From Verrucomicrobiales bacterium (lineage in GTDB: Bacteria > Verrucomicrobiota > Verrucomicrobiia > Verrucomicrobiales > SLCJ01), in the NCBI GenBank assembly GCA_046075565.1, contig JBJTQJ010000124.1:10953-74952 (forward strand): 64,000 nt of DNA, written 5' to 3'. Below are positions 20,547-31,003 of this stretch, in pieces; the stretch's first letter is position 1, and each line of letters starts with the position of its first letter. A program made the position numbers and the translations under genes. Under the pieces are notes generated by a model, which was given only the letters and a program-made list of their open reading frames with translations, was not told the origin of the DNA and searched no databases.

Positions 20547-22181
20547 TTAACGGCAAACCGGGCAGTTATTGATGTTCGTGAAGAAATCGTTCCCTTTGTT
20601 ATCGACGAGGATGAAGGCGGGGAAATTTTCCACGGTAATTTTCCAGACGGCTTCCATGCCAAGCTCCGGGAAAGCGACGACTTCCTGGCTCTTGATATGA
20701 TTCTGGGCCAGCAGCGCGGCGGGTCCACCGGCCGAGCCGAGATAGAAGCCCCCGTGCTTCTTGCAGGCATCGGTCACCGCTTGGGAGCGGTTTCCTTTGG
20801 CCAACATGACCATGGAACCTCCGTGCGATTGGAACAAATCAACGTAGCTGTCCATACGCCCTGCGGTGGTAGGCCCGAAGGATCCCGAGGCCATACCCTG
20901 CGGTGTCTTGGCCGGTCCGGCGTAATACACCGGATAGTCCTTGATGTAGGCGGGCAGCTCGCCCGTTTGTTCGAGGATTTCCTTGATCTTGGCATGGGCG
21001 ATATCACGCGCGACGATGATCGTCCCACTGAGCGCGACCGCTGTCGTGACGGGGTATTTCGAGAGCGTTTTGAGGGTCTCCTCCATGCCGAGATCCAGAT
21101 TTACCGCCACGCCCTTGAATTTCCAATCATGGTATTTCTCCGGAATGAAGCGGCCCGGATTGGTTTCGAGTTTTTCGAGGAAGATCCCATCCTTGGTGAT
21201 CTTGGCTTTCGCCTGACGGTCGGCCGAGCAGGAAACACCAATGCCCACCGGGCAGGATGCTCCATGGCGTGGCAGACGCACGACACGAACGTCGAGTGCG
21301 AAATACTTTCCTCCGAACTGGGCGCCAATGCCGAGTTTCCGCGCCTCTTCGAGCAACTCCGCTTCGAGCGCCCGATCACGGAAGGCCTGGCCATGTTCGT
21401 TGCCTTTTTCCGGCAGGGCGTCGAGGTATTTGGTTGAAGCAAGTTTGACCGTCTTGAGACAGGCTTCAGCGGAAGTGCCGCCGAAGACGAAGGCGAGATG
21501 GTAAGGCGGGCATGCGGCCGTGCCCAGCGAGCGCATTTTCTCGATGCAGAATTCCTTGAGCCGCTTCGGATTCAGCAAAGCCTTCGTTTCCTGATAAAGG
21601 AAGGTCTTGTTCGCCGAGCCGCCGCCTTTCGAAACAAAGAGGAACTTGTAGGCATCACCATCGGTGGCGTAGATATCGATCTGCGCGGGCAGGTTGGTGC
21701 GTGTATTCACCTCCTCATACATGTCCAGCGGCGCGGTTTGCGAATAACGGAGATTTTCCTTGGTGTAGGTCTCGTAGATCCCCTTGGAAAGGAATTCCGC
21801 ATCGTCCACACCGGTCCACACGCGCTGGCCTTTCTTCGCCACGATGGTGGCGGTGCCGGTGTCTTGGCAGAATGGCAGGATGCCCCGAGCCGCGATCTCC
21901 GCGTTCTTCAACATCATGAGTGCGACCATGCGATCGTTCTCCGTCGCTTCCGGATCCTCAAGAATGGCGGCCACCTGTGCGAGATGGGCCGGACGCAGCG
22001 TGAAATTGATGGCCCGGCTGGCTTCATGGGCGAGCATGGTGAGCGCTTCCGGCGCGACCTTGAGGACCGTCTGACCCTCGAATTCGACCGTGGAGACGTG
22101 ATCCTTGGTCAGCAACTCATATTCGGTGGTATCCGGTCCGAGCGGAAAGGGGTCCTGATAAGCGAAGGGTGGTGTGGCCAT
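20547..22181 (-). CDS. fumA: Class I (Fe-S) fumarate hydratase
   Basis: [45 protein letters not shown]. Confidence 0.93.
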   Translation of the reverse strand: MATPPFAYQDPFPLGPDTTEYELLTKDHVSTVEFEGQTVLKVAPEALTMLAHEASRAINFTLRPAHLAQVAAILEDPEATENDRMVALMMLKNAEIAARGILPFCQDTGTATIVAKKGQRVWTGVDDAEFLSKGIYETYTKENLRYSQTAPLDMYEEVNTRTNLPAQIDIYATDGDAYKFLFVSKGGGSANKTFLYQETKALLNPKRLKEFCIEKMRSLGTAACPPYHLAFVFGGTSAEACLKTVKLASTKYLDALPEKGNEHGQAFRDRALEAELLEEARKLGIGAQFGGKYFALDVRVVRLPRHGASCPVGIGVSCSADRQAKAKITKDGIFLEKLETNPGRFIPEKYHDWKFKGVAVNLDLGMEETLKTLSKYPVTTAVALSGTIIVARDIAHAKIKEILEQTGELPAYIKDYPVYYAGPAKTPQGMASGSFGPTTAGRMDSYVDLFQSHGGSMVMLAKGNRSQAVTDACKKHGGFYLGSAGGPAALLAQNHIKSQEVVAFPELGMEAVWKITVENFPAFILVDNKGNDFFTNINNCPVCR

Positions 22182-22324
22182 GCGGTACAATACGTTGATT
22201 CTGTCAGATCAAAAACCCGGAGATGCCGGGCGCAACCGGTTTTGCCTCTTCCGGGCGCAGATGCGCAAGGAATCGGAAAATGCGCGGGGTTTGCGGGGTG
22301 TCGTCCACCTTGGCCATGAATTGC

Positions 22325-23797
22325 TCAAGCGATCAAGTCCCTGATCACGCGCGCGGGTTTGACTCCGACCAGTTTTTGGTTGAGACCCTGGTAGGGGAAA
22401 CTGAAGCGACTGGCCTCGATGCCCATGAGGTGGAGCAGGGTGGCATGTAAATCACGGATATGGACTGGATTCGCGGTGACCTGGTAGCCGAGAGGATCCG
22501 TCTCTCCGTATTGCAGTCCGGGTTTCACGCCGGCCCCGGCCATCCAGAGGGTGAAGGAATTCGGGTTGTGGTCCCGCCCGATGAAGGCGGCGAATTTGTT
22601 ATCCAGACCATCGCGGTTTTCCTTCATCGGGGTGCGCCCGAATTCGCCGGACCAGATCACGAGTGTGTCTTCCATCAAGCCGCGTTGTTTGAGGTCGGTG
22701 AGCAAAGCGGAAATCGGCTGGTCGATTTCACCGCACTTCCGTTTGAAGCCGAGATTGATGGCATGCTTCTCACTGTCGCCGTGTGAATCCCAACCCCAGT
22801 CGAAGAGCTGGACAAAGCGCACGCCATTTTCAACCAGCCGCCGGGCGAGCAGGCAGTTGTTGGCAAAAGATTCTTTCCCGGGCGTGCATCCGTAAGCCGC
22901 TCGCGTTACCTCAGATTCGCGGGTGATGTTCATCACTTCGGGAGCGGTCAATTGCATACGGAAGGCCATCTCGTATTGGGCGATGCGTGTGGCCGTCTCG
23001 GCATCGCCAAATTCCATTTCGCTCTGGCGGTTGATCTCCGCCAGGGCATCGAGGGCGGCGCGGCGGGTGGCGCGATCCGTGCCTTCCGGATTGCGCAAAT
23101 TGAGCACCGGGTCGCCGGCGGCCCGGCATTGCACGCCTTGGTAAACGGATGGCAAAAATCCGGAGCCCCAGACACTTTTGCCGGAGCGTGGCATCTGACC
23201 ACCCGACATGAGCACGATAAAGCCGGGCAGATTCTGGTTTTCCGAACCAAGCCCCCAAGTGACCCACGAGCCCATGGATGGATGACCAAGGACCGAATGG
23301 CCTGTATGGACCATCAGTTCGGCGGGTCCGTGGTTGAACTGGTCGGTCACCATGGTGTGCACGAAGCAGAGATCGTCCACGTGGTTCGTGAGATGCGGAA
23401 GTTGGTCCGACACCCACGCGCCGGAGTTCCCGTATCGTTTGAACGGGAATTGTGGGCCTAGCAACTTGGGGATCCCCTGGATGAAGGCGAAGCGCTGGCC
23501 TTCGAGAAATTCCTTCGGGCAGTCCTTGCCGTCGAACTTCGCCAGCTCTGGTTTGTAGTGGAAAAGATCGAGCGTGCTCGGCGCACCGAGCATGTGGAGG
23601 TAGATGACCCGTTTCACTTTCGGATGAAATGGCGGCGAAGCGGGCAGAAGTGGCGCCGAGGGGTCGGGCGATCGGACCAGAGGCGCCGCAAACGCATTCC
23701 CGAGCGATGAGAGATAAAGAGCCCCGAGGCCAGTCGTGCACTCGCGCAGGAAATGCCGGCGCGTGTGATGCTGAAGTGATGCTTGGTCGGGAGTCAT
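22325..23797 (-). CDS. DUF1501 family protein (Tat-exported)
   Basis: TRRHFL Tat motif, NCLLARRLVENGVRFVQL, WSGEFGRTP, GRDH, HIRDLHATLLHLMG. Confidence 0.88.
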   Translation of the reverse strand: MTPDQASLQHHTRRHFLRECTTGLGALYLSSLGNAFAAPLVRSPDPSAPLLPASPPFHPKVKRVIYLHMLGAPSTLDLFHYKPELAKFDGKDCPKEFLEGQRFAFIQGIPKLLGPQFPFKRYGNSGAWVSDQLPHLTNHVDDLCFVHTMVTDQFNHGPAELMVHTGHSVLGHPSMGSWVTWGLGSENQNLPGFIVLMSGGQMPRSGKSVWGSGFLPSVYQGVQCRAAGDPVLNLRNPEGTDRATRRAALDALAEINRQSEMEFGDAETATRIAQYEMAFRMQLTAPEVMNITRESEVTRAAYGCTPGKESFANNCLLARRLVENGVRFVQLFDWGWDSHGDSEKHAINLGFKRKCGEIDQPISALLTDLKQRGLMEDTLVIWSGEFGRTPMKENRDGLDNKFAAFIGRDHNPNSFTLWMAGAGVKPGLQYGETDPLGYQVTANPVHIRDLHATLLHLMGIEASRFSFPYQGLNQKLVGVKPARVIRDLIA

Positions 23798-23821
23798 ATC
23801 GAGTTATTAAGGAATTTTTTG

Positions 23822-24360
23822 ACCACAGATTTCACAGATGGGCACGGATAAGATTCTGCATGAGTTGGTTTTGCTTTGGAGGATTCGTCTAGCTGGAGAC
23901 GCGTTTTATTCCGAGCTTGGCATGCTTGAAGTTGAGCAAGAGGGCCGTTTTCAATCGCGTGATATTGAGGCAACCGAGCATCTGGGCCAAATGGTTTTCG
24001 TTGAAGTCGCTGACCACTTTGGTGTCGACGATGATTCGGTTTGCGACAATGAGGTCTGGCACGAGTGTGCCTATAAGTTCATTCTGGTAGTGGACGGGGA
24101 ATTGTTTTTGTGAATCGCATTGGCATCCTTGTTTTGTAAGTTCTATTACCAGAGCCCGTTCATAAAGCTTTTCATCCAACCCGGGCTTGAGTGTGTTTCG
24201 CACGGTATAGGACGCGCCAATGATGGTTTCGGTGAGTTGTGTGTCGCTCTGCATATTGGGATGAATGATGGAGGGGGATTTTCACTATACTTCCCAAGGC
24301 GATCTTATGGCGTGCACGTGTTCTCCCCGATATCTGTGTGCATCTGTGTAATCTGTGGTT
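23822..24360 (-). mobile_element. GxxExxY cassette A bounded by ~30-bp inverted repeats (CACAGAT units)
   Basis: ACCACAGAT-TTCACAGAT-GGGCACGGATA (23822-23850) versus the reverse complement of 24331-24360, AACCACAGAT-TACACAGAT-GCACACAGATA; mobility is inferred. Confidence 0.7.
23889..24254 (-). CDS. GxxExxY family protein (PD-(D/E)XK nuclease-like fold)
   Basis: GLDEKLY (GxxExxY), VPDLIVANRIIVDTK, LLLNFK. Confidence 0.88.
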   Translation of the reverse strand: MQSDTQLTETIIGASYTVRNTLKPGLDEKLYERALVIELTKQGCQCDSQKQFPVHYQNELIGTLVPDLIVANRIIVDTKVVSDFNENHLAQMLGCLNITRLKTALLLNFKHAKLGIKRVSS

Positions 24361-24376
24361 AAATTCATGATTCGGA

Positions 24377-27208
24377 TTATTTCACCAGTGCGTCGTCGAG
24401 GTTCAGCAGAACCTTGGCGATAGTCGTGTAGGCGGAGGGCTGGCTGCCGAGTTTTTCATAGAGCCCGAGCAGTTCCTTGAGGCGTGCCTCACTCGGTGGC
24501 CTCGAGGTCGTCATACGATGTCCTGCAGCAATTTTCGCGGCGGGTTCGCCGGGGATCTCTTCAGCCATGCGCCGGGCAAGCGCCCGGGCGAACTCGGCAT
24601 GGGCGGGCGAGTTGAGTGTATCGAGAGCTTGCAGTGGCGTGTTGGAAAGGATGCGCCGGGCGGTGCAGAGTTCGCGGGTGGGCGCATCGAAGGTGGCAAA
24701 GGCCGGATACGGGTTGGTGTGTTTGATATAGGTGTAGAGCGAGCGCCGGTAGCGGTCGGCATGACCGGGCGGGGGAGTTTCCCATTTCTCCTGACTCTCG
24801 AAGGGCGTCCATCCGCCTTCGGGCATCGGTGGGAAAACAGGTGGACCGTAGAGCTTTGGAGCGAGCAGGCCCGAAGCGACAAGCCCATGGTCGCGCACCG
24901 CTTCGGCGCTCAGGCGGACGCGCGGGCCACGGGCCAGCAAGCGGTTGTGGGGATCGACGTCATGGTCGGGGCGCATGGCGGCAGATTGACGGTAAGTGGC
25001 GCTGGAAACAATTTCCCGCAGCATCGCCTTCTGGCTCCAATCGTAGTGGTCGCGGAAGCGCAGGGCCAGATAGTCCAGTAATTCCGGATGACTTGGATCA
25101 TCGCCGGAGGAGCCGAAGTCTTCGAGGGTCTCCACCAATCCGCGACCAAACAATTGCTCCCACATTCGGTTGACGGCGACACGGGCGGTCATGGGATTCT
25201 CGGTGGAAACAAGCCACCGGGCAAAAGCAAGGCGGTCGGCGGGAGCATGTGTGGGCAGTGCGCCAAAAAGCGACGGAATGCCGGGCGACTGCAAAGCTTG
25301 ATCCTTGTCGAGCCAGTTGCCGCGGCGGAAGAGGTGCGTGGGGCGTTGGAGATTCTCCGCCACGGCATCCATGATCGGAACATCGGCAGCTTTGTTTTTC
25401 GCGAGCGCGCCATCGATTTCCGAGATGCGGGCCAGCGAAGCCGCTTCCCCGGGATCATTGGCCAAAGTGGTCCAGCGTGGGTCGTCGGTAAGGTAAACGC
25501 GTCCGCGTTTTGCCACCATCGGGATGCTCAGCGCGGCATTCTGCTTCTGGGAGAGCGTAAGACGCAAGTTCGTGGCTTGAACCGGTTGCGTGAAGATCAA
25601 GATGCAGGAGCGCGGACGGTCAATCTTCGGGAATGCTCCCCAGCCGGTCGCCGAATCGGCAAGGCTTTGCTGCGGGTCGAAGAACGGATCGGGCTCGTCT
25701 CCGATCACTCGCGTGATGGCGATCGGGTTTTCGGTGCCGTCAGCTCCAACGACATGCAGTTGAATCTTTGACAAAATGGCTCCCCATTCCGGCGTGTGGA
25801 TCGCAGTCGCGGGATCCACAGGCAAAACCTCCACTCGCAACGCGGTGATGTTGGTGACGGAGGCCGGTGGAGTGATCCGGAGATCAAAGACAGAACCGGT
25901 GGCCGCGGTGCCTTTCACCAGGAACTCTGGATTACCCTCGCCGGCTTTCACTTCGAGTGTGACTTGCTTTGACTCCGCCCGCATCGCGCCGGCGGGTTGC
26001 CATGCCGTGGCTTCACGGAGTGCTTGCTGGTTGGCATGGTTGGTCTCCAGCAACGACCCGCGCTCTTTCCACCAAGCGGTGAAGTTTTCCGCCATGGCCT
26101 GCTCTTTTGGCGCCGGAAGCAACGGATAGTGCTGGCTCAGATCGTAATCCCGGGTGTTGTTGAAGAAGGCGAAGGAATTGTAATACTCGTGATGCAGAAT
26201 GGGATCGTAGGGATGCGAATGGCATTGCACACAGGCCATGGTAACGCCTTGCCATGCCTCCCATGTTGTGGCGACACGGTCCATGACGGCGGCAACCCGG
26301 AATTCCTCGTCATCCGCCCCTCCCTCACCGTTGTTCTGGGACTGGCGATGGAAATTGGTGGCGAGCAGGTCATCGATGGTGGGGGAGGGAAGCAAGTCGC
26401 CGGCGATTTGTTTGATGGTGAATTCATCAAATGGCATATCTCCGTTGTAGGCCCGCACAACCCAATCTCGGAACGGCCACGCCGGGCGCGGCAGATCGTG
26501 ACCAAGGCCTTCGGTGTCCGCATAACGGGCGAGATCGAGCCAGTTGGAGGCCCACCGTTCGCCGTAGTGTGGCGGGGCCAGCAACCGGTCTATTTCGCGT
26601 TGCCATGCCGCTTCGGGATCGGATTTCCACGCGGACTCGAAGGCATCAACCTCACCGAGGGTTGGCGGCAGGCCGGTGAGGTCGATGGACAATCGACGCA
26701 GCAGTAGCGCGGGCTCGGCTTCGGGATTGGGAGGGAGTTTCTCCGCTTCCAAGCGGGCAAGCACGAAGTGGTCGATGGTATTCTTTGGCCAATCGCCCTG
26801 CCGAACGCCGGGCGGCGGCACAAGGACAGGCTTTACGAATGCCCAATGCTCGTTCCACTTTGCTCCTTCCTGAATCCATTGGCGGAGTTTCCGCACCTCC
26901 TCTTCAGGCAATGGCGGACCGTGCTCCGGTTGGGGCATGACCAGCTCGGGATCCCTCGAAGTGACACGCCGCATCAACTCGGAAGCGTCGGGATCGCCAG
27001 CTACAATGGTTCGTTTGCCGGAATCGCCGGTCGCGAGCGCCTTTTCCTGGAAAACAAACGAGATGCCCCCGGCTTCTTTCACGCCACCATGGCAGGCGGT
27101 GCAATGGCTGGTGAGAATGGGCCGGATATCTCGGTTGAAATCGATCCCATCCGCCATCGCGGGAAGCGCGGCAAGGCTGAGGAGGCCGGCGAGATACTTT
27201 TGGGGCAT
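24377..27208 (-). CDS. PSD1/planctomycete cytochrome c protein (DUF1549/DUF1553)
   Basis: IDFNRDIRPIL..CTACHG, HWAF, YGERWASNWLDLARYADT, CVQCHSHPYDP, HPELLDYLA, NTPLQAL. Confidence 0.9.
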   Translation of the reverse strand: MPQKYLAGLLSLAALPAMADGIDFNRDIRPILTSHCTACHGGVKEAGGISFVFQEKALATGDSGKRTIVAGDPDASELMRRVTSRDPELVMPQPEHGPPLPEEEVRKLRQWIQEGAKWNEHWAFVKPVLVPPPGVRQGDWPKNTIDHFVLARLEAEKLPPNPEAEPALLLRRLSIDLTGLPPTLGEVDAFESAWKSDPEAAWQREIDRLLAPPHYGERWASNWLDLARYADTEGLGHDLPRPAWPFRDWVVRAYNGDMPFDEFTIKQIAGDLLPSPTIDDLLATNFHRQSQNNGEGGADDEEFRVAAVMDRVATTWEAWQGVTMACVQCHSHPYDPILHHEYYNSFAFFNNTRDYDLSQHYPLLPAPKEQAMAENFTAWWKERGSLLETNHANQQALREATAWQPAGAMRAESKQVTLEVKAGEGNPEFLVKGTAATGSVFDLRITPPASVTNITALRVEVLPVDPATAIHTPEWGAILSKIQLHVVGADGTENPIAITRVIGDEPDPFFDPQQSLADSATGWGAFPKIDRPRSCILIFTQPVQATNLRLTLSQKQNAALSIPMVAKRGRVYLTDDPRWTTLANDPGEAASLARISEIDGALAKNKAADVPIMDAVAENLQRPTHLFRRGNWLDKDQALQSPGIPSLFGALPTHAPADRLAFARWLVSTENPMTARVAVNRMWEQLFGRGLVETLEDFGSSGDDPSHPELLDYLALRFRDHYDWSQKAMLREIVSSATYRQSAAMRPDHDVDPHNRLLARGPRVRLSAEAVRDHGLVASGLLAPKLYGPPVFPPMPEGGWTPFESQEKWETPPPGHADRYRRSLYTYIKHTNPYPAFATFDAPTRELCTARRILSNTPLQALDTLNSPAHAEFARALARRMAEEIPGEPAAKIAAGHRMTTSRPPSEARLKELLGLYEKLGSQPSAYTTIAKVLLNLDDALVK

Positions 27209-27336
27209 TTTGTCTTTATGGTATCCGGACACAACGTTGTCGCGAAGCACCAATACGCCCCCGTCCCCCGATTTTTGCAGAAATTGGGCAGATCTGGGGA
27301 AAAGTAGTCCCCCGGCCACGCGTATCCGGCTTCACC

Positions 27337-29745
27337 ATGCCACTACCTCGCCGAATCCATCTCGCCGCCCTGATTGCAGTTTTTGTTGGTTGGTTGATCG
27401 TCGATTGCCCCGCCGCTCCCCGCGGGCAGATGCCGAATCCCGATTTCACAAAAGGCGAGCCGATTCCAGAGGGGGCTAGCCATGATTGGACACTCGGGGC
27501 CACGGGCGCGCGCGGTTGGATGTATTCCAATCGTCTCGAAACCAGCGAAGCCCGGCAAATCGCCATCACTAAAGTCGCCAAGGGCTCCCCGGCGGACGGG
27601 GTCTTACAAGTCGGGGATGTAATCCTCGGTATCAACCGCCAGAAATTCTCTTCCGATCCTCGTTCGGCCTTCGGCAAAGCGCTCACGCTCGCCGAAGCAG
27701 GCGACGGGAACCTCACGCTCATCCGCTGGCGCGACAATTCGGTTTCCGATGTCTCGGTGAAACTCCCCGTGCTCGGTCGCTATAGCGCCACCGCCCCCTA
27801 CGACTGCCCGAAGTCGAAGCGTATCTTCGAGGACGGCTGCAGGTCTTTAGCCAAACGGATGGAGGAATCGGATTACGCGCGGCGTCAGAATCCGATCACC
27901 CGTTCGTTGAATGCTCTCGCTCTTCTCGCGAGTGGTAATGAGGCCTACCTTCCGCTCCTCCGCAACGAAGTGAAATGGGCATCCGAATACTCGGCCGATT
28001 CGATGCAGACGTGGTATTACGCCTACGTCATCATGTTGTTGGCGGAATACCAAATGGCCACCGGCGACAATGGTTTCGAAGCGGGGCTGCGCCGGCTTGC
28101 TCTCGAGGCTGCCAAAGGCCAGAGCAACGTCGGCTCCTGGGGGCACAAGTTCGCGCTTCCGGATGGCAGGCTCGCCGGTTACGGCATGATGAACGCCCCC
28201 GGAGTGCCGCTGACCATTTCGCTGATCATGGCGCGTCAGGCCGGCATCAAGGATCCCGCCATTGATCTCGCCATCTCCCGCAGCTCGAAGTTCCAGCGCT
28301 TTTACATCGGCAAAGGCGCGGTGCCTTATGGTGACCACCATCCGTGGACCCAAAACCATGATGACAATGGCAAGTGCGGCATGGCGGGAGTCATGTTCAA
28401 TTTGCTCGGGGAAAAGGACGGCGCGGAATTTTTCTCCCGCATGTGCGTGGCTTCGCACGGTCCGGAACGAGACACCGGCCACACCGGAAACTTCACCAAC
28501 ATGAGTTGGTCCATGCCGGGCGTAGCCTTGGCCGGTCCGCAGGCCACGGGTGCATGGATGCATGAGTTCGGCGCATGGTATTTCGACTTGGCACGCGGGT
28601 GGGACGGAAGTTTCCGTCATCAGGGACCACCGGAAAAAGCAGGAGACAAATACTTCGGCTGGGATGCCACCGGGGCCTTTCTGCTCGCCTATGCCATGCC
28701 ATTGAAAAAAATCATGCTCACCGGCAAGCAGCCCAACACGGCAACACAAATCGACGCCGCCACCGCCGAATCCCTGATTCGCGACGGGCGTGGATGGTCG
28801 AACAACAATCGCAACAGCGCCTACGATTCGCTGAGCCAGGAGCAATTGCTGGAAAGACTAGGAAGTTGGTCGCCAACTGTCCGCGAGCGCTCCGCCGAGG
28901 CCCTGCAGCGCCGCAAGGGAGAAAAACCGATTGCCGCGCTTGTGGAAATGCTGCGTTCGCCAAATCTCAATGCCCGCTACGGGGCTTGCGAGGCCCTCAA
29001 GCAGATGCGCGGCGATGCGGCCCCGGCAGTCGCGGAACTCACGGCCCTGTTAGATCACAACGATTTGTGGTTGCGTGTGGTCGCTGCGGACGCGCTCGCC
29101 AACATCGGCAAGCCGGCCATGGTCTCGTTGCCTTTGCTGCTCAAGCGTTTGGCCGAACCTCCAGCCAAAGAGGATCCACGGGGTATGGAACAGCGTTACC
29201 TCTGCTTCGCGATCTTCGGACAAATGCTCAAGGACTCTCCGGCGGGCGCTGATCCCGAAATGCTCCGGCAGGCGATCGTCGCCGGTTTGCAAAACGAGGA
29301 TGGACGCGCGCGCGGCACGGTCAGTGGTATCTACGGGAAGCTCCCCTACGATCAACTCAAGCCGCTCCTGCCCGCGATCCATCGCGCGGTCGTCGAACCC
29401 GCTCCCAGCGGTGAAATGTTCGCCGATGGCGTCCGGATTCGCGGGCTCGAATTGCTTGCCGAACACCATATTCAAGAAGGAATGAAAGCGAGCGTGGACT
29501 ACATTCGATCCCAGAACAAATGGGCGAGTGAAAAGCGCACGCCCGAGTTGCTAAAGATCTTGCAAAGCTACGGGGCCCATGCAAAGGCCTTTATCCCGCA
29601 ACTCCTCGAAATCGCCGATACTTTCGACAAAGGAGAGGAGGGATTCCCCGGTCAATTCAGCAAGGACAAGGCCCGGATTGTGCGAGAGGCGGTCAAAGCT
29701 ATCGAAGCAGCGGAAGCCCTGCCCGAACTGAGCAAGCTTCCGTGA
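27337..29745 (+). CDS. Secreted DUF6288-like protein with PDZ-like and HEAT-repeat regions
   Basis: WTLGATGARGW, GSPADGVLQVGDVILG (PDZ-like), GWDGSF, C-terminal HEAT-like repeats. Confidence 0.7.
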   Translation: MPLPRRIHLAALIAVFVGWLIVDCPAAPRGQMPNPDFTKGEPIPEGASHDWTLGATGARGWMYSNRLETSEARQIAITKVAKGSPADGVLQVGDVILGINRQKFSSDPRSAFGKALTLAEAGDGNLTLIRWRDNSVSDVSVKLPVLGRYSATAPYDCPKSKRIFEDGCRSLAKRMEESDYARRQNPITRSLNALALLASGNEAYLPLLRNEVKWASEYSADSMQTWYYAYVIMLLAEYQMATGDNGFEAGLRRLALEAAKGQSNVGSWGHKFALPDGRLAGYGMMNAPGVPLTISLIMARQAGIKDPAIDLAISRSSKFQRFYIGKGAVPYGDHHPWTQNHDDNGKCGMAGVMFNLLGEKDGAEFFSRMCVASHGPERDTGHTGNFTNMSWSMPGVALAGPQATGAWMHEFGAWYFDLARGWDGSFRHQGPPEKAGDKYFGWDATGAFLLAYAMPLKKIMLTGKQPNTATQIDAATAESLIRDGRGWSNNNRNSAYDSLSQEQLLERLGSWSPTVRERSAEALQRRKGEKPIAALVEMLRSPNLNARYGACEALKQMRGDAAPAVAELTALLDHNDLWLRVVAADALANIGKPAMVSLPLLLKRLAEPPAKEDPRGMEQRYLCFAIFGQMLKDSPAGADPEMLRQAIVAGLQNEDGRARGTVSGIYGKLPYDQLKPLLPAIHRAVVEPAPSGEMFADGVRIRGLELLAEHHIQEGMKASVDYIRSQNKWASEKRTPELLKILQSYGAHAKAFIPQLLEIADTFDKGEEGFPGQFSKDKARIVREAVKAIEAAEALPELSKLP

Positions 29746-29835
29746 CTTGGGAACGTGTGGCTCCTGATTCCTGGCACATTCGCCTCCGGCGATCAAAACT
29801 CGCTGCCCTTCGCCAAATCACGCTACATTCCTTGC

Positions 29836-30903
29836 ATGAAACTCGGATTTGGCCTCTACCGCCACCAACTCAACGCGGATCATTTCCAATTCGCCCGCCA
29901 GTGCGGCGCCACGCATTTGGTCATCCACATGGTGGACTACTTCCGGTCCTCGCACTCGAACCGGATTGGCGACCAGCCGGTGGGCGGCGACTCCGGATGG
30001 GGGCTCGCCGGGGATCCCGATGCCTTGTGGTCCTATGAGGAACTTTGTGCCATCAGGGATGATGCGGCATTCCATGATCTCCAAATCGAAGCCATCGAGA
30101 ACTTCGATCCCGCGCACTGGCACGACATCCTGCTCGACGGACCGAAAAAGTCCGAGCAATACGAAAAGCTGAAGACGATGATCCGTACCGTCGGGCGGGT
30201 CGGAATTCCCATAGTCGGCTACAACTTCTCGCTTGCTGGAGTAGCCGGGCGCGTGAAGGGTCCATGGGGCCGCGGAGGGGCGGAAGTCGTGGGCATGGAA
30301 GGTCCTTACGACAAACCGATTCCGAAGGGTATGGTCTGGAATATGATTTTCGACAATGATGCTCCGGCGGGCGATCTCGCGCCGGTGGCGGAGGAAGAGT
30401 TGTGGAGGCGGCACGGAGAGTTCCTCGACACGTTGATTCCGGTGGCCGAGGAAGCCGGTGTGATGCTCGCTGCCCACCCGGACGACCCACCCATGCCATC
30501 GGTGCGTGGGCAACCCCGCTTGGTGAACCAGCCCGGACTCTATCAGAAACTCATCAATCGGCACGCCAGCAAACACAACGCGCTCGAGTTTTGTCTGGGC
30601 ACGCTCGCGGAGATGACCGATGGCGACATCTATGAGGCGGTGGAAAGCTACAGCCGCCAGAACCGCATCGCCTATGTGCATTTTCGGAATGTGCGGGGCA
30701 AAGCTCCTTGGTATAAGGAAACCTTCGTCGATGAGGGCGATATCGACATGCCGCGTGTCCTGCGCATTTTGCAAGAAAACGGTTTTAATGGGGTCCTCAT
30801 ACCCGATCACGCCCCGCAGATGACGTGCGATGCACCGTGGCACGCAGGTATGGCCTATGCCTGCGGTTGGATGATGGCCGCGCTGCAAGGAATCAGGGCG
30901 TGA
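29836..30903 (+). CDS. uxuA: Mannonate dehydratase family protein
   Basis: AAHPDDPP, EFCLGT, YVHFRNVRG, ETFVDEGD, PDHAP. Confidence 0.82.
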   Translation: MKLGFGLYRHQLNADHFQFARQCGATHLVIHMVDYFRSSHSNRIGDQPVGGDSGWGLAGDPDALWSYEELCAIRDDAAFHDLQIEAIENFDPAHWHDILLDGPKKSEQYEKLKTMIRTVGRVGIPIVGYNFSLAGVAGRVKGPWGRGGAEVVGMEGPYDKPIPKGMVWNMIFDNDAPAGDLAPVAEEELWRRHGEFLDTLIPVAEEAGVMLAAHPDDPPMPSVRGQPRLVNQPGLYQKLINRHASKHNALEFCLGTLAEMTDGDIYEAVESYSRQNRIAYVHFRNVRGKAPWYKETFVDEGDIDMPRVLRILQENGFNGVLIPDHAPQMTCDAPWHAGMAYACGWMMAALQGIRA

Positions 30904-31003
30904 CCGCGGCTGTCACATCTTGTGCGACTGCATGATGTGCAGAGCGCGTTTTCTCCCCGAAGAATTGCAAGATGCGACGCGTTGGTCGCGTCATGCTGAT
31001 CGA

